From positions 817-64,816 of the IMG/VR virus record IMGVR_UViG_3300037603_000023: 64,000 bases of DNA; one strand, 5' to 3'. Numbering within the stretch: the stretch's first letter is position 1; every line of letters starts with the position of its first letter. A program made the translations under genes and the position numbers. The notes beneath the pieces were generated by a model. That model was given only the letters and a program-made list of their open reading frames with translations. It had not been told where the DNA came from and did not search any database. The stretch comes from a virus. Lineage: Duplodnaviria; Caudoviricetes. This document shows, piece by piece, positions 63,954 through 64,000 of the stretch.

Positions 63954-63961
63954 CCGTGTCA
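63954..63961 (-). repeat. inverted TGACACGG arm-type site on the far side of the att core
   Basis: CCGTGTCA at 63954-63961. Confidence 0.6.
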
Positions 63962-64000
63962 TTCAAACAGTTACCGGAACCGAAGAACAGATCATTCGGA

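Overview
The window is most of a ~64-kb-plus temperate phage genome. Its gene content (CtrA-, GapR- and DnaA-domain-like genes) points to an alphaproteobacterial, probably Rhizobiales-type, host. Left to right: (1) a few small + strand genes (1-1000); (2) a long - strand late operon (1421-26907) with lysis genes, a P2-like contractile tail and baseplate, and a lambda-like head, portal and GpA terminase, followed by a probable cos site; (3) a ~1.3 kb non-coding control region; (4) a 10.5 kb + strand accessory operon of ~30 mostly tiny ORFs (28257-38807), including an ArdA-like antirestriction protein, a stand-alone BRCT domain and a DUF853 HerA-like ATPase; (5) a - strand early/replication operon (38811-48667); (6) a cro/cI immunity switch; (7) a + strand recombination/auxiliary operon (YqaJ, DEDDh exonuclease, intein-containing RecD/Dda-like helicase, SSB) ending in xis-int; and (8) an att core made of the 3' half of tRNA-Gly(TCC), with arm-type repeats on both sides, which looks like attP. 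The most unusual signal is in the accessory operon. At least nine gene blocks each begin with the same element, NNNCA-A(Y/A)YR-TGNNN-ACC-N-AGGA-N-ATG, whose outer stem differs in sequence from copy to copy but stays complementary. Genes inside each block are joined by TGA-(A/CA)CC-ATG. The operon promoter carries an exact copy of the 17-bp operator found at the immunity region. Other highlights: two 11-bp-phased GGGACA iteron arrays 12 kb apart, a Glu-initiated class-3 intein, a pseudo-receiver CtrA paralogue, and a multi-branch structured leader before the late operon. Family assignments come from motif recognition only; no database searches were run.
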